Positions 62,290 through 64,000 of a stretch of 64,000 nt of DNA are shown here, piece after piece. Location of the stretch: positions 40,920,001 through 40,984,000 of the forward strand of contig OZ024746.1 in NCBI GenBank assembly GCA_964016885.1, in the 5' to 3' direction. The DNA comes from Eledone cirrhosa. Taxonomy: Eukaryota. Under the pieces are notes generated by a model. The model was given only the letters and a program-made list of their open reading frames with translations. It did not search any database and had not been told where the DNA came from. Numbering within the stretch: position 1 is the stretch's first letter; each line of letters begins with the position of its first letter. The translations under genes were made by a program, and so were the position numbers.

Positions 62290-62620
62290 TGGGTCAGAAC
62301 AATGATTATACAAAGCAGTCAGTTCATTTATTCTTTGAATGGCAAAGCATAAATGAACTAAGTGAGAAATTAGGAATAAGAGGGATCAGATGCTGTTTAC
62401 TTGAGAGAAGACTACGTTGGTATGGTTACGTGATGCGCATGAAAGACGACAGCTGTATGAAAAAGTGCAGGGTGATCAACATTGAGGGAAGTTACGGAGT
62501 AGGTAGATCCAGAAAACCCTGGGACGACATGATAAAGTCCGACCTTGCACCTCTCTAAGACAATGTCACTGGACCGAGATCTTTGGCGCTACGCGGTAAT
62601 ACAGAAGACCCGCCTTGCCT
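62290..62620 (+). mobile_element. RTE-type LINE 3' fragment
   Basis: ERRLRWYGYVMRMKDDSCMKKC..GRSRKPWDDMIKSDL. Confidence 0.85.
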
Positions 62621-64000
62621 ATGTACAAAGCGAAACCTACAGTCAGTAGGCACCTCTTAACCAAATATACACCCCAATCCACTACCCCTACTCTATCCTC
62701 CCACTCCTACTAACACCACCCTCTCTCTGAACAGTTGATACCACAACATTCAGTCCAAATTAATGAGATAATGAGATCGAGATCGTGTAGGTGTCACGAC
62801 AAAAAAAAAACACAGTCCACGCTGTAATGTGGCCATGTAGGTAACACGGTAAAAAGTTCCCAGTTCCACACTGTAAATGTGGTTGGTGTTAGGAAGGGCA
62901 TCCAGCCGTAGAAAACCTGCCAGATAGTCCTATATGAGTGAGACATGGTCACCCGACCAACCTTGCCTCAAGTGGGACAACTCCCGTCTAACCCATGCTA
63001 GCGTGGAAGATGGACGTTAAACGAAGATGATGATGATGAGTCTAATTATAACGTGAGCTGTCTCAGTGGCTGAAAGATACAGTAATACAGTACTAATGAC
63101 CTTATTCTATTTTAGGTCAAAAATAAAACCTATATCAGTGAAATATGAGCTCTGAACAATAAACACACTTCATAATTTGCTATTGTCATGTGCCTGCTTT
63201 GAGGCATAGAGTTATGGTCCTTTACATTCTGAGTTCAAATCCCGCCGTGGTTAGCTTTGCCTTTCATCCTTACGGGATCAATAAAATAAGCACTTGTGAG
63301 GACTGGGGTCGATTTAATTGATTTTCCCCTTCCCTTCAAATTGCTGACCTTGTGACTACAGTAGAAACCATTATTATGTGGTACTCTCTGCTTTTCCTTC
63401 CATAATGCTCATATCCTATGGTTTTCCCCCGAGGATAAAATTTAAAATTTCCATTCCGCTTCCACTAAAATCCCTTATATCACATTTAAATAAATTGTTT
63501 TTGATCATTATAATGTCAAACTTTTTCTTGACTCTACAATAAACAATTAAGGGCATGACAATCTCTCTAGTGTTGGTGACATGATAAAATATGCCTAGTG
63601 TACTCTGTTAAGTGGTTGGTGAAAACTTATGAAACAAAGGGTCAAAGACATAATATCTCACATGCTGGTATCATGATAAAATGCACCCAGTGCACTGTAA
63701 AATGGTTGGTGTTAGGAAGGGCACAAACCAGAGCCTGAGAAGGGTGTCCTGCCATTACTTTGTTCTGTGGCCCAAGAGCTAAGAAGGGCCCACAGCAACC
63801 ATGCATCATCCATTTTGAGAAAAATATTTGCCTGCTTTGTGCCCCAAAGCTTGGAGGCCTTGCATCAAGCTGTTCAAAATTTTCTAAATAAAGGGCAGGA
63901 CTTCTTCAGTTGCATCAAAGACATGACAGCCCCCTTCATGCTGGTGTCACAGTAAAATACATCCAGTGCTCTTTGTAGAATGCAGGAACATATGTAAGTG

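Noticed and set aside
58000-64000. 5' exon of THNSL1 with the kinase P-loop
   Set aside because: No GxxGxGKT-type exon was found by eye; it probably lies beyond the window

Overview
AT-rich, repeat-dense animal genomic DNA with GT-AG introns. The tRNA-derived SINE families and microsatellites suggest a coleoid cephalopod such as Octopus (inference). Three host genes are supported. (1) The first coding exon of a PHF7/G2E3-like extended-PHD gene (minus strand, 6183-6514). (2) A complete 8-coding-exon inositol monophosphatase, IMPA1-like (plus, 19975-28255, 279 aa). (3) The last nine coding exons of a THNSL1-like shikimate-kinase/threonine-synthase fusion gene (minus, 57980-31100), convergent with IMPA1; its 5' exon(s) were not found. 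The rest is layered mobile DNA: tRNA-headed SINEs, RTE/CR1/CRE/HERO-type LINE fragments, TTAA-flanked piggyBac-type MITEs, mariner-type MITEs, a non-autonomous Helitron, and several Penelope-like elements (PLEs, probably Naiad clade). Highlights are four structurally different type I hammerhead ribozyme folds tied to the PLEs (one canonical, one with a palindromic stem III, two with an unusual CAGAAGA/CAGAAAA core), a PLE nested inside a Helitron, a MITE end that supplies the 3' splice site of the last THNSL1 exon, a candidate 9-nt microexon, and several long intronic fold-backs. All structures were read by eye; nothing was folded, aligned or searched computationally, and repeat boundaries are approximate.
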